In this document: piece after piece, positions 20,850 through 31,136 of the stretch
How positions within the stretch are numbered: position 1 is the first letter of the stretch
Layout: every line of letters starts with the position of its first letter
Assembly: GCA_963717505.1 (NCBI GenBank)
Contig: OY970342.1
Coordinates: 3,744,001 to 3,808,000 of the forward strand
DNA from: Candidatus Eiseniibacteriota bacterium
GTDB taxonomy: Bacteria; Eisenbacteria; RBG-16-71-46
Direction: 5' to 3'
Length of the DNA: 64,000 bases
Notes under the pieces: model-generated
The model's input: the letters and a program-made list of their open reading frames with translations, nothing else
Told to the model about the DNA's origin: nothing
The model's database searches: none
Program-made: the position numbers and the translations under genes

Positions 20850-23582
20850 TTACTTGATGAGCACGATGCGGCGCACGACATCTTGAGCTTCAAGCCGAGC
20901 GTGCACGAGATACACACCAGAGGGAACGATTCGGCCACGACTGTCGTGGCCGTCCCAGCGGACCACGACGAAATTGCCCTGTGGCTCCGAATTCAAGTCT
21001 GCCACCCTGTGCCCGGTCACGTCGCACACTGACACTACGGTGGCGCGCCGCTCCGGGGTTTCCAGCTCAAGCACCACTGCATCGTTGAACGGGTTCGGCA
21101 CTGCCCGACGCCACGCCAGACGCACCCCGGGCAGGGGAACCACGAACACCACCGGACCCTCCCACAGCGACGCGCCGTCTCGTCGCACCACCTCTAGCCG
21201 GTAGCGGTAGCGGATTCCCGGCGTTACTCCGAAATCCTGCCAGTGGTACTCGCCGTCGCTCAGTGTCGGAACCGAACCCACGACCTCGAATGCACCAGTG
21301 TCTAGGCTTCGGTGCACCCTGAACTCCCTCACTTCTGCGACATCGCCAGCCCACCAACGCAGCCGTAGCTCCCCGTCATGGCCCTCCACAGCCAAGCCTG
21401 ACACGAGCACGGGCGTCGGCTTGTCGCCACGATTCTGAAGCACTGTTATCCGGCCAGAACCAGGGTTTGTCACCGCACAGTCGATCCAACCATCTCCGTC
21501 CACATCCTCGGCGACAATCCCCGTAGGCGCATCCCCCGCGGGGAATAGCTCCATGTCCAACGCGAAACCGCTTTGGCCAGCTTCCACCGCAACGCCGTAG
21601 TTCACAGCCATGCCGATTTCGTCTTCGGTCGCAACGAGAATGTCCTGAGCCCCATCCCCATCCACATCCCCAATGTCCATCGCCACACCCCCGCGGAACA
21701 CCCCCCTGCTTTCAAAACCACCGCCGCCGAGACCCACAAAAAGCTCGCCGCTCCCATTCTTGAGTACGGCGAGATCCGCGACCCCGTCCCCGGTGACATC
21801 CGCCACCCTTACCTCACGGGGTGCTCCCGGTCGCATCACGTAGCTCGGGCCCATCGTGAATGATCCGTCGCCAGCCCCGATGTGGATGGTCAGGTCTATC
21901 CCGGCGATCACGAGGTCAAGCGCCGAATCGCCGACTATGTCCACAACAGCCAATGCCCCGCCGAGTATGCCGAGTGGTGGGGAGTCAATGAAGCCACCAT
22001 CGCAGGTCCCATGAAAGACCATAACCTTCGAGCTCCCAGCAACAACAACGTCAGAACACCCGTCCCCGTTGATATCGCCTGAAGCAAAGTCGTTCGCGTA
22101 TTCCTCATAAGATATAGGCGTAGCAACTTCCGACAGTGATCCACCCCCATTAAGGAGCACGTGTAGCCGTCGGAGCGTATTGTCCATCACAACTGCATCC
22201 TCAAGACCGTCGTTGTTCAGGTCAACAGCCAGACCATCGTCTTGTCGTTCAGCCACCGCGTACGTGATAGGGGCCGCTAGTTCGCCAGCACCTTCGTTCG
22301 CCATAGCGGCCAACCCTCCAATGACCAGATACATGAAATCTGGCGTCGCGCCGAAGTCGAATCGGGCGCTCATTAGCGTTGTTGGCCCCTGACCCGCGAA
22401 GTGCTGTCGAGCGCCGTCGAAGTCCCCATTCCCGGATCCTCGTACTACGGCGATGCCTCGTTCGGCTCGAACGGCAACATCAGCCCTACCGTCTCCCGTG
22501 TAATCACCTACCAATGGATCTCCGACACCAGCGCCGTACGCACCGGTTTCGGTCGCATTGAGGAGTGGTGTTCCGGTGCCAGTATTGAGAAATGTCCGTA
22601 CTGGGTCCGTTCGATTCGGGCCACCGAGAACAACATCGAGAAGTCCATCTCCGTTTAGGTCGCCGAGCCCGACTCCTCCACCTTCTCCGGGAATCATCTG
22701 ATCCTCGCGCACACCAGGGAACGGCCCTTCGTTCTTGAATGCTGTGAGTTGTCCAGCGTCGCTCACGATCACCAGATCGGGATCACCGTCGAGGTCGATG
22801 TCATCGACAGCACCCGAAACGGTCGCGCCAACTGTGTTACCGACGTAACGCTCCTCTGTCGCAAACTGTCCCATCCCGAGATTGCGGATCAAGCCAAGGC
22901 CGAGGCCGTCCAATGTGACGATGTCAAGGAGGCCATCGTTATCGACATCCTCCACAAACACGCGATGGGCAAGGCCGCCGATCGGCAGACTGGCCGCAAC
23001 GCTCAGGGTCCCGTCGCCCGGCCCGCTCAGGATCAGCACCTCGTTGGGGCTGGCGGCTGTCACCACAACGTCCGGTAGTGTGCCTCCTGTAAGTAGAGCG
23101 ACAACCGGCGAGGCCGTGGGGCGGAAGAGAGTCGTCGAAACAGCAGGTTGGAGAGTTCCGGTCCCATTCCCCAAATAGACCAGAATCTCCCTTGCAGTCG
23201 TGGTGATCACGTCAAGGTGTGCGTCTTGATCAAGATCTCCAAGTGAAAGGGACCACTGGTCCTCTCCTTGGAACGAGTACGTATCAACGATGGAAAAGAG
23301 GCTGTCCTGGCCCAGGTGAACGGTGATGGCCGAAACCGTGGTTCCGTGCAAGCTGAGGAACACGACATCCTGCCGGCCGTCGGCATTTAGGTCTCCAGAG
23401 GCCATGGTCACCGAGGAAGCGCCCAACGCCGACGGGACCGCCAGCCACGGCGTATCGAATCGACCGCTCGATTGAACTGTGCCGGGGACCAAGCAGAGGC
23501 CGCAGGAAAGGTGCAGGAGCACGAGCAGGATCGATCTCACAGAAGGCTCCGCAGGCGATCGTGCTAGGAACTGACTGATCAT
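20850..23582 (-). CDS. FG-GAP/VCBS repeat beta-propeller protein with T9SS/FlgD-like tail
   Basis: More than 10 (G)D(L/V)(N/D)GDG..D repeats; PNPFN..DVTGHRV..WDGHD..SGVYLV tail; lower GC than flanks; start uncertain (23582-23717). Confidence 0.85.
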   Translation of the reverse strand: MISQFLARSPAEPSVRSILLVLLHLSCGLCLVPGTVQSSGRFDTPWLAVPSALGASSVTMASGDLNADGRQDVVFLSLHGTTVSAITVHLGQDSLFSIVDTYSFQGEDQWSLSLGDLDQDAHLDVITTTAREILVYLGNGTGTLQPAVSTTLFRPTASPVVALLTGGTLPDVVVTAASPNEVLILSGPGDGTLSVAASLPIGGLAHRVFVEDVDNDGLLDIVTLDGLGLGLIRNLGMGQFATEERYVGNTVGATVSGAVDDIDLDGDPDLVIVSDAGQLTAFKNEGPFPGVREDQMIPGEGGGVGLGDLNGDGLLDVVLGGPNRTDPVRTFLNTGTGTPLLNATETGAYGAGVGDPLVGDYTGDGRADVAVRAERGIAVVRGSGNGDFDGARQHFAGQGPTTLMSARFDFGATPDFMYLVIGGLAAMANEGAGELAAPITYAVAERQDDGLAVDLNNDGLEDAVVMDNTLRRLHVLLNGGGSLSEVATPISYEEYANDFASGDINGDGCSDVVVAGSSKVMVFHGTCDGGFIDSPPLGILGGALAVVDIVGDSALDLVIAGIDLTIHIGAGDGSFTMGPSYVMRPGAPREVRVADVTGDGVADLAVLKNGSGELFVGLGGGGFESRGVFRGGVAMDIGDVDGDGAQDILVATEDEIGMAVNYGVAVEAGQSGFALDMELFPAGDAPTGIVAEDVDGDGWIDCAVTNPGSGRITVLQNRGDKPTPVLVSGLAVEGHDGELRLRWWAGDVAEVREFRVHRSLDTGAFEVVGSVPTLSDGEYHWQDFGVTPGIRYRYRLEVVRRDGASLWEGPVVFVVPLPGVRLAWRRAVPNPFNDAVVLELETPERRATVVSVCDVTGHRVADLNSEPQGNFVVVRWDGHDSRGRIVPSGVYLVHARLEAQDVVRRIVLIK

Positions 23583-23732
23583 TTGGTGGAAGATGTTACA
23601 AGGCTCAGCGCACACTGTCGATTCGCGACTTGGACGTGTTTCTGAGTTGAGTGCCGCTGCGGACCGGGGATTGTTGGCCGCACCCGGTCCGGGGTCGAAC
23701 GATTCGTTGCCAGCCACCTAGCCGCGGCGGCG

Positions 23733-23847
23733 CTACCACGGCACGACCGCCAGGAACACTCCGAGTCTCACGGCGCAGGACCAGGTTCGGCGCCTCGAGT
23801 CGCAGCGCGTAGGTGCCGACGACGCCGAGAAGGACCGGCGAGATCAT
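23733..23847 (-). other. Possible 37-aa hydrophobic peptide (one extra base) or gene remnant
   Basis: MISPVLLGVVGTYALRLEAPNLVL, then after a +1 shift AVRLGVFLAVVPW-stop. Confidence 0.3.
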
Positions 23848-23859
23848 GGCCCGGTGGCC

Positions 23860-24654
23860 TCACCAAAGCTCGCCCTGCGGCCACAGCCGGCGCGGCTCCT
23901 CGGCGACCAGCCCGAGCCGGCGCATCAGCTCGAGCGCACTGGCCGGCGAGTGGCCGGCCCAGTGGTTGTTGAAGTAGCCGAAGACCTCGCGAACCTGGGG
24001 CAGCGCGCGCGTCAGCTCCGCCTGCCAGTCGTCGAAGTCTGCCGTGCGTTCCACCTGCACGCGATCGAACGACTGGACCTGTTCGCGGTTGCCCATCCAG
24101 CGCAGGTAGAGGAAATCGGCGGTGATCTCGGACCAGCGCGGCAGATCGCGCCAGGCGGTCCACGCCAGCGCGGCGCCCCGGGCGCGCAACAGGTCGGCGG
24201 TCGCCGCCTGGTGCCACGAGCGGTCACGAAACTCGACCGCGATCCTCACGCCGTCCGGGCACGCGGCCAGGAAACGATCGAGCAGGCCGACGTTGCCGGG
24301 ATCGTGAACGAAGTCGGCCGGCATCTGGACCAGCAGCGGGCCGAGACGCGGACCCAGCGGTTCGAGCGCGCGCACGAATCCTTCGATCTGCTCCTCCATG
24401 CGCACCAGGCGCGCGGCATGGGTGATCGCCTGCGGGACCTTGGCGGCGAAGCGGAAGTCCTCGGGTGTGTGCCGGGCCCAGGACCGCACGATCGACGGCT
24501 TCGGAGCGTGGTAGAAGGTGGTGTCCAGCTCGACCGTGCGAAACACGCGCGCGTAGAACGGCAGGTAGTCTTCCTGCTTGCTGTGCGGCGGATAGAAAGA
24601 CCCGATCCATTCGGCGTAGGACCAACCCTGAGTTCCGAGATAGAGGTCGGCCAT
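23860..24654 (-). CDS. DUF72 (YecE) family protein
   Basis: LGTQGWSY..W, TVELDTTFY, FAAKVP, LLVQMP, VEFR..SW, YFNNH. Confidence 0.93.
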   Translation of the reverse strand: MADLYLGTQGWSYAEWIGSFYPPHSKQEDYLPFYARVFRTVELDTTFYHAPKPSIVRSWARHTPEDFRFAAKVPQAITHAARLVRMEEQIEGFVRALEPLGPRLGPLLVQMPADFVHDPGNVGLLDRFLAACPDGVRIAVEFRDRSWHQAATADLLRARGAALAWTAWRDLPRWSEITADFLYLRWMGNREQVQSFDRVQVERTADFDDWQAELTRALPQVREVFGYFNNHWAGHSPASALELMRRLGLVAEEPRRLWPQGELW

Positions 24655-24658
24655 GGGT

Positions 24659-25558
24659 TCAGGGCGTGGTGGCCGCGGCCGGTTCGCCGCCGAGGTGCTG
24701 GTCGAAGAACGCGAGCACGCGCCGCTCGTATTCCTCACGATGGTCGCGCCACGCTTCGTTGTGGCCCGATCCGGGCAGGATCCACTGCTCATCCTTGGCG
24801 CCGGCCGCCTCCCATAGTTGCTCGACGTGACTAGGGGTTAGCCGGTCGTCCTTCAAGCCATGGATGAAGAATATCGGCCGCTCGCGCAGGAGCCGCGCCG
24901 CCGCGGCCGCATCGGTCGCCCCAGGGTCCAGGCCGGTGGCCACGCGTCCCAAAACTCGCGCCATCGAAGCCGCCGGCTCGCGCGGCAAGCGCGCCCAGCG
25001 CACGGTCGAATCCTCGATCGCCGCCTTGGAATGCGCGAACGCGCCATCGATTACCAACGCGCGCACGAAGTCGTGTCGCGAGGCGGAGATCAAGGCCACG
25101 CTGCCGCCGAGGGACTCACCCAGAACACCGATCGAGCCGCGATCGAGGCCAGCCTGTTGGCGAAGCCAGAGCAGGGCCGCTTCACCATCGGGCAGTTCGT
25201 GATGGCCGAGCGTGGTCGGCACCCGGCGGCCGCTGCCGAACGCTCGTGACGAGCGAAAGTCGATGGCCAGCACGCCGTAGCCGGCGTTCTCGAGGAACGC
25301 GCCATAGCGCCACGCGCGATGATGGTCGCGTCCGAAGCCGTGCAGAATCAGGACCGCCGCCGGCTTGCGACCCGGCAGGTACCAGCCGTCGAGCTGATCG
25401 TCGCCGACCGGGATGCGCACGTGTTGGGCGCGCGCATCGAGATTGGGCGCACCGCCCAGGTCGCGCGGCAGCCAGGGAAACAACATGAAGCGCAGCGTGC
25501 CCGCCACCGCCGCAGCCAAGAGCACGACCGCGGCTAGCGCGATCAGGATGCCGACCAC
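24659..25558 (-). CDS. Membrane-anchored alpha/beta hydrolase
   Basis: N-terminal TM, LHG, GESLG nucleophile, IHG..D, GSGH. Confidence 0.9.
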   Translation of the reverse strand: MVGILIALAAVVLLAAAVAGTLRFMLFPWLPRDLGGAPNLDARAQHVRIPVGDDQLDGWYLPGRKPAAVLILHGFGRDHHRAWRYGAFLENAGYGVLAIDFRSSRAFGSGRRVPTTLGHHELPDGEAALLWLRQQAGLDRGSIGVLGESLGGSVALISASRHDFVRALVIDGAFAHSKAAIEDSTVRWARLPREPAASMARVLGRVATGLDPGATDAAAAARLLRERPIFFIHGLKDDRLTPSHVEQLWEAAGAKDEQWILPGSGHNEAWRDHREEYERRVLAFFDQHLGGEPAAATTP

Positions 25559-25568
25559 CAGGGGACTC

Positions 25569-26708
25569 CTAGCCGGCGACCTCGAGCCCGCGCGGGCCGA
25601 CGTACTCCGACATCGGCCGGATCAGATGATCCTCCGCGTGCTGCTCGAGAACGTGAGCGCACCAGCCGGCCACACGACCACAAGCGAACATCGCAACGAA
25701 GCTGCGTGGCTCGAGGCCGAGCGATTGCAGCACCAGCGCGGTGTAGAACTCGACGTTGGTCTTGAGATTGCGCCCCGGCTTGTGCTCGTCGAGTACGCGC
25801 ACCGCGGTCGCCTCGACGTGACGCGCCAGCTCGAACAGCTGGCGGTTCTCGAGCCGTGCACCGCCCAGCCGGTCGGCGACCCGCGACAGCACCTCGGCGC
25901 GTGGATCGCGCACCTTGTAGACGCGATGGCCGAATCCCATGATCCGGCGACCGGCGGCCAGCTCGCGCTCGAGCCAGGGCTCGGCGTTGGCGGCCGAGCC
26001 GATGTCCTTGAGCATGTCGAGCACCGGCCCCGGAGCGCCACCGTGCAACGGCCCCTTGAGCGCGCCGACGGCACCGGTCACCGCGCTCACCAGGTCCGAT
26101 CGCGTGCTGGCGATCACCCGCGCGGTGAAGGTCGACGCGTTCATGCCGTGATCGGCGACCGTGACCCAATAGGTGTCGAGTGCGCGCGCGGCTTCGGCGT
26201 CGGGCTCGCGCCCGTGCACCATGTAGAGAAAGTTCGCCGCGTGCGCCAGATCCGCCCGGGGCGCGATCGGCTCTTGTCCGGCGGCGATCCGCAGGTGCGT
26301 CGCCACCGCGGTCGGGAAGCGCGCGGTCAGCATGCCCGCCGCGTCCAGGTCGGCGGCGGGCGTGATGTCGTCCGGACGCTCGCGATCGAGCGACATCGTC
26401 GCACACGCCATACGCAGGGCGTCGATCGGAGCGACCCGCGCGGCGGCGCGCAGGACGTGCAGCGTCTCGGCCGGCAGCGTGCGGCGGGATGCGAGTGATC
26501 GTCTGGAATTCGCGTCGCGCTCGCCGGCCGACGGTAGCGATCCGCGCCACAGCAGATGAGCCACGTCTTCGAATCCGACGTGGTTCGCGAGCCGATCGAG
26601 CAGGTAGCCGGCAATCACCAGCTCGCCCTTGGCCCCGTCGACGTGGCTCAGGCGGGTCTGCGCCGCGACCACTCCGTCGAGGCCGCGCGCGGCGGCGGGT
26701 TGGGTCAT
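25569..26708 (-). CDS. Citrate/2-methylcitrate synthase (short dimeric type)
   Basis: [47 protein letters not shown]. Confidence 0.9.
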   Translation of the reverse strand: MTQPAAARGLDGVVAAQTRLSHVDGAKGELVIAGYLLDRLANHVGFEDVAHLLWRGSLPSAGERDANSRRSLASRRTLPAETLHVLRAAARVAPIDALRMACATMSLDRERPDDITPAADLDAAGMLTARFPTAVATHLRIAAGQEPIAPRADLAHAANFLYMVHGREPDAEAARALDTYWVTVADHGMNASTFTARVIASTRSDLVSAVTGAVGALKGPLHGGAPGPVLDMLKDIGSAANAEPWLERELAAGRRIMGFGHRVYKVRDPRAEVLSRVADRLGGARLENRQLFELARHVEATAVRVLDEHKPGRNLKTNVEFYTALVLQSLGLEPRSFVAMFACGRVAGWCAHVLEQHAEDHLIRPMSEYVGPRGLEVAG

Positions 26709-26754
26709 GGTGTCCTTCTCCTCGAAGCTCGCGCCATCGGCGCGCGCGAACCGA

Positions 26755-28404
26755 TCACGCGCCGGCGAGGCCGGCGACGAACGCCGCCGGGTTCAGCGGC
26801 TGGTTCGTCGTCTGCTGGATCGCCTGCCGCCAGTCCACCGACTTGCCGGGGCGATAGAGATGCTCGATCAGGTATTTGCCGACCGCCGGGCTCGAAATGT
26901 AGCGATCCCAGGTCGCATGGTCGCCGCGATCGGGATCGCCGCCCACGTGCGCCTGGAGCCGGCGCTCGACCTGCGAGGCCATCATCTCCCCGAGCATGTA
27001 GTTGTGGTAGTAGACGGGCGCCACGCTGAAATGGATCTTGCTCGCCCAGTCCGGCGCCGAGCGGCCGTCCGGCCGCCGGACCAACTGCAGCCGCTCGACC
27101 AGATCCCACCACAGACCATCCAGATCCTGTTCGGGATCTCGGTAGAGTGCCCGCTCCATGTTCGCCATCACCAGACACCAGCGGGTCATGACCAGGAGCT
27201 GGCTGCGCGTGGCGCGCGAGGTCGCGGCCGCCGCCGGTCGCGCCTCGGCCGCCGGCACGCCGGCGTAGCGTTCCAGCCACGCAGCGTTTCGCGACAGCCG
27301 GCCGAACAGCATCGCGCTGGCTTCGGTGGTCAGCGTGTGCGCCGGTTGGCGCAGGAGCCACGGCAGGTTCGGGTCCAGGTATCGGTCGTACACCGCATGA
27401 CCGAACTCGTGCAGCATGGTGCCCATCCACTGCTCGTTGGACTTGATGTTGCACAACACGCGAATGTCGGCGCCCCGGTCCACGGCCATGCAGAACGCGT
27501 GCTGGCACTTGCCCGGCTTCTCGTAGAGATCGGCGCGCTCGAGCAGATCGCCGAGTTCGAGCCCGATCGCCGTGAAGAACTTGCGCGTCAGGTCCTCGAG
27601 CGAGGCGCGCTCGAACCAACGGTCGAGATCGACGCCCTTGGCCTGCGTCTCCTGGAAGAACGGATCCGAGTAGTGCCACGGCTGCAGCGCGTCGGGACGC
27701 GTTGCGAATCGGCCGGCCAGCTCGACGTCGAGCTCGCTCTTCCACGCCGCGAACTGGTCGCGGGTATCGCGCTCCAGCGCGTCGAGGATCCCGAACAGCT
27801 CGCCTTCGTCCAGCTCGTCGAGCTCGAGCATCATCGAGTAGTAGTTCGAGAAACCGAGCTGGGTGGCCGCCTGATTTCGCAGGCGAACCAGCCGTTTGAG
27901 CTCGCCGACCACCTGGGCACCGACCTGCTTCGAGGCCTCCCACGCCGCACGCCGGCGCGCGGCGTCGTCCGACGTCTTGAGCACGTCGCGCAGCGCGTTC
28001 TCGGTCACCGTCTCGCCGTCGAACTCGGCGCGGAACGCGTTGAACCGGTGCTCGAGGTCCTTCTCGATCCGGACCATGGTCGCGATGTGCTCGGGATCGA
28101 TCTGATGGGCGCGGTAGGTGTTGAACAGCAGGCGGACCTGGCGCTGGAGCAGCTGATCGAGCCCGTCACCTTCGCGCACTCCGGCCTCGAGCACGCGAAA
28201 CGACTCTCGGTTCGAGTAGATCGTGCGGATGCGAGCGTCGAGGTCGGCGCTCTCCTGCACGAACGCCGCCTCGCCGGTCACGTTCGACTGCCAGCTCGCC
28301 TCCTGGTAACGCAGGAACAGCGGCTCGACTTCGCGGACGCGATCTTCGACGAACGCGGTCAGCCGCGCCGGGGCGCCGGCGGCCGCGGAAGGGGAATGGT
28401 GCAC
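26755..28404 (-). CDS. M2/M3 family zinc peptidase
   Basis: KCQHAFC, HEFGH, TTEASA, KIHF..PVYYHNY. Confidence 0.88.
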   Translation of the reverse strand: MHHSPSAAAGAPARLTAFVEDRVREVEPLFLRYQEASWQSNVTGEAAFVQESADLDARIRTIYSNRESFRVLEAGVREGDGLDQLLQRQVRLLFNTYRAHQIDPEHIATMVRIEKDLEHRFNAFRAEFDGETVTENALRDVLKTSDDAARRRAAWEASKQVGAQVVGELKRLVRLRNQAATQLGFSNYYSMMLELDELDEGELFGILDALERDTRDQFAAWKSELDVELAGRFATRPDALQPWHYSDPFFQETQAKGVDLDRWFERASLEDLTRKFFTAIGLELGDLLERADLYEKPGKCQHAFCMAVDRGADIRVLCNIKSNEQWMGTMLHEFGHAVYDRYLDPNLPWLLRQPAHTLTTEASAMLFGRLSRNAAWLERYAGVPAAEARPAAAATSRATRSQLLVMTRWCLVMANMERALYRDPEQDLDGLWWDLVERLQLVRRPDGRSAPDWASKIHFSVAPVYYHNYMLGEMMASQVERRLQAHVGGDPDRGDHATWDRYISSPAVGKYLIEHLYRPGKSVDWRQAIQQTTNQPLNPAAFVAGLAGA

Positions 28405-28561
28405 GAGATCTCCGTGGGGTCCTGGGGGGCTCGACGAGACCGCGATGAGGATGCTTCGTCGCGCAGTCTAGGCGATCGAACGGCTCGGGGGGAAACGACA
28501 TGGGCACGCCCACCCGCCGGCGTGGTGCGATTCGGGGGTGTGACGGGGGACGTGCCCGAAT

Positions 28562-29077
28562 TCAGTTCGTCGCGGGGGTTTCGGTCGCGAGCGGGGCGCC
28601 CGCGCTTTCGGCCAGCTCGACCCCCGCCAGCGATGCGGCGTTGATCAGGTGGATCCCGGTGGTGGTGGTCAGGACGAAGAAGCCCGAGTCCAGACGATTG
28701 AGGAAGTCGGACAGGCGTTGGGTATCCCGCTCGAGCGGCATCCAGACGCGCCCCGACAGTCGCGTACCGTCGCAGAGAATCACGTCGGCGCGCTCCTCGC
28801 GCCAGGGTTGGAAGCCCCGCGCGTAGATGTCGCTCTGCAGGACGTGGCGCTGCGGCGTGACGCGGATCAGGTGGCGCCGGTGCACCAGATGCACGCGACC
28901 GTCCTCGCCGATCGCAACCGGGATGAACGGCGGCGACTCGTTGAGCTTCTCGAGGATCGTCTGGTGCTGCGATCCGGAGGCATCCAGGTCCAGGAACACC
29001 AGTCCGGCGACACCCTGCAGGTGGTCGGACCACAGGGTGACGGGGATCCTGCGCTTGGGGATGTAGTGGTCCATCAC
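28562..29077 (-). CDS. Hypothetical protein with two tandem small beta-rich domains (DUF6812-like)
   Basis: Internal repeat G.V.L....Q.(I/L).(E/D).LN....F.....G..L(V/I)(H/N). Confidence 0.7.
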   Translation of the reverse strand: MMDHYIPKRRIPVTLWSDHLQGVAGLVFLDLDASGSQHQTILEKLNESPPFIPVAIGEDGRVHLVHRRHLIRVTPQRHVLQSDIYARGFQPWREERADVILCDGTRLSGRVWMPLERDTQRLSDFLNRLDSGFFVLTTTTGIHLINAASLAGVELAESAGAPLATETPATN

Positions 29078-29522
29078 TTCATCCTCGGGAAGGACGGGAA
29101 CGACCGAGAGGCGCCGGCCTGGGGCCGGCCGCCGCGAGGGCGCCGCGTTCCGGGCGCCCTGGCGGCGCTCGCGGTGGCCGATGGTTTCCCGTCACCGGGA
29201 CCGCGATGCCGTGGAGGTGCGTGGCACGATCGGTCGCTTCGCCTTCGACCGGACCGCACCTGCCCAGGATCAAGCAACCCCCTTGCCGCTCCACCGCCGC
29301 GAGGCCGCTCCTCGCCGAACTTGGCGCGCACCACGGGGAAACGCGTGCATGCCCCGGCTCGGAGGATTCGGGAGCGCGGCGTCGCTCATGCAGGATGCAC
29401 TCGGTTCACGTTCACGGGGCGGAATCTGCACGCGACCACAATCCGTTGCCGTCGCCCGGCGGGTCGGACGGCTCACGGCGAGGTGGGCGAGAGCGGAGCG
29501 GGCGAACACCAACGTCAGCGAA

Positions 29523-30230
29523 TCAGCGCTGCAGGACGCTCACGATCTTGAAGCGGAACGGGTAGGTGACGTTCCGGTCCCCGACGCGAAACACGAGGTC
29601 GACGCCCAGCACGCGATCCGTGTTCTGGATCGCGGTCTCGTCCTCGGTCAGCATCTGGCGGCGGAGCTGGCGCGGGTCCCCGGCCGGGTCCACCAGCTGG
29701 TCGATCGGGAAGACGTAGTCGCTGTAGCGCTGGAGCCCCGCGATCTGGGTCGGGGGTTGGCTGCCGTAGCGGTCGCTCCACCGCGTGGGGGCGTGCGCGA
29801 GCTTGCCCTTGCGGCCACGCCCGTCGTCGTACGTCGAGCGATCCCAGTCGATCCAGACCGGCGAGTTCTGCCGATTCTCGACCTGGAAGTAGAGCGCATC
29901 GGGCGCCGGCCGAAACGCGAACGACAGATCGCGGTCCTGGAAGTAGAAGCGATCGCTGGGCGGGTCGACCTGGCGGAATCGATAGGCGTAGAGCGCCGTC
30001 ACCGACCCGGGAATCGGGCCGACCGAGTCCCCGGCCCCGGCGACGATGCGCGTGAAACCGGTCTCGGGGTTGGGCTGCTGGATCTGCACGCCCTGGGGCT
30101 GCACGGCACCCCCCTCTTCGGTGGTGGCGCAGCCGAGCATGATTCCCACGGCCAGCAGGGCGACGGCCGCCAGAACGACGCGCAGGGGGCGCCACGACCG
30201 AATTCGTGTCAGGGAATGGAAACCCGTCAT
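29523..30230 (-). CDS. Hypothetical lipoprotein
   Basis: Signal ending MLGC; beta-rich mature part; TAGTCT 6 nt upstream of ATG. Confidence 0.75.
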   Translation of the reverse strand: MTGFHSLTRIRSWRPLRVVLAAVALLAVGIMLGCATTEEGGAVQPQGVQIQQPNPETGFTRIVAGAGDSVGPIPGSVTALYAYRFRQVDPPSDRFYFQDRDLSFAFRPAPDALYFQVENRQNSPVWIDWDRSTYDDGRGRKGKLAHAPTRWSDRYGSQPPTQIAGLQRYSDYVFPIDQLVDPAGDPRQLRRQMLTEDETAIQNTDRVLGVDLVFRVGDRNVTYPFRFKIVSVLQR

Positions 30231-30396
30231 GGCGCGAGACTAAGCGAACCGGACCCTGACACTCAACACGCCTAGCCCCCGTGGACATCCAGCTCAAGTC
30301 CGGCCGCCGCGCCGCCGAAGACACTCCATGAAGATCGTGCGCAAGGATGCGCCGCCGGCCATGACGGCCCGATCTCCATATTGTGGAGATTTCACG

Positions 30397-31005
30397 ATGC
30401 GGCTGGGCATCGAACACCGTCGCCGGCTCGCGGTCTTGACGACCGCAACCCTGGCGCTGACCGCGATTCCGCTTGCGGCTCGCGGCGCCGACCCCGAACT
30501 ACGGCCGGCCCACTTCGAGCCGCGCTGGAATCAGCCCGCCCCCGCCGCGCGCCTGGCGGCCATCAGCGAACGCGCCCATGAGGTGACGGCGGCGGTCGAA
30601 ATGGCGTTCGAGCCGCGCATCGTGGTCTACGCGCAACAGGTGGACTTCGAGGCGTCCGCTCATGCGACGGCGGTGACCCACCGGCTGGCGCGCGAGTTCG
30701 CGATGAGTTCCGCGGACGTCGGCGCGGCCCGAGCCTCGTGCGCCTCGTGGGGCGAACTGACCCTGGCGCTCACGCTCCGGGCGGGAGTCCGCTTCGCGAT
30801 CACGCCGGGACAGATCGCAGCACTCCACCGGGCCGGCACCGGTTGGACGCGAATCGCGCACGGTCTCGGACTCGACATCGACGACTTCGTGTTCGCGGCC
30901 CAGTCCGGGACCGACGTTGCCGCCGGCTGGAACGAGGCCGACGGCCTGGTGCCGGACATCGGTCCGGCCGACGAGGGCAATACCGCGATGAGCTTCGAAG
31001 ACTGA
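30397..31005 (+). CDS. Hypothetical secreted protein
   Basis: GGAG RBS, signal peptide ending ARG-A, SWGEL and GTGWTRIAHGLG motifs, downstream terminator. Confidence 0.7.
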   Translation: MRLGIEHRRRLAVLTTATLALTAIPLAARGADPELRPAHFEPRWNQPAPAARLAAISERAHEVTAAVEMAFEPRIVVYAQQVDFEASAHATAVTHRLAREFAMSSADVGAARASCASWGELTLALTLRAGVRFAITPGQIAALHRAGTGWTRIAHGLGLDIDDFVFAAQSGTDVAAGWNEADGLVPDIGPADEGNTAMSFED

Positions 31006-31076
31006 TTCGACGTGGCCCAGGTACGGGCCATGGCAGCACCGCCCACGATGGGCGGGTTCACTCCAAGGATGGAATT

Positions 31077-31114
31077 CCGCGGGCGCTTCGCTGGAAGCGC
31101 CCGCGGTCTTTTTT
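31077..31114 (+). terminator. Intrinsic terminator
   Basis: CCGCGGGCGCTTC-GCTG-GAAGCGCCCGCGG followed by TCTTTTTT. Confidence 0.9.
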
Positions 31115-31136
31115 GGCGAGCAGCCCCGGGTCGGCC

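Noticed and set aside
20850-23582. CRISPR array or DNA tandem repeat in the low-GC islet
   Set aside because: The repetition is at the protein level only (FG-GAP motifs); there are no identical DNA repeats with spacers.
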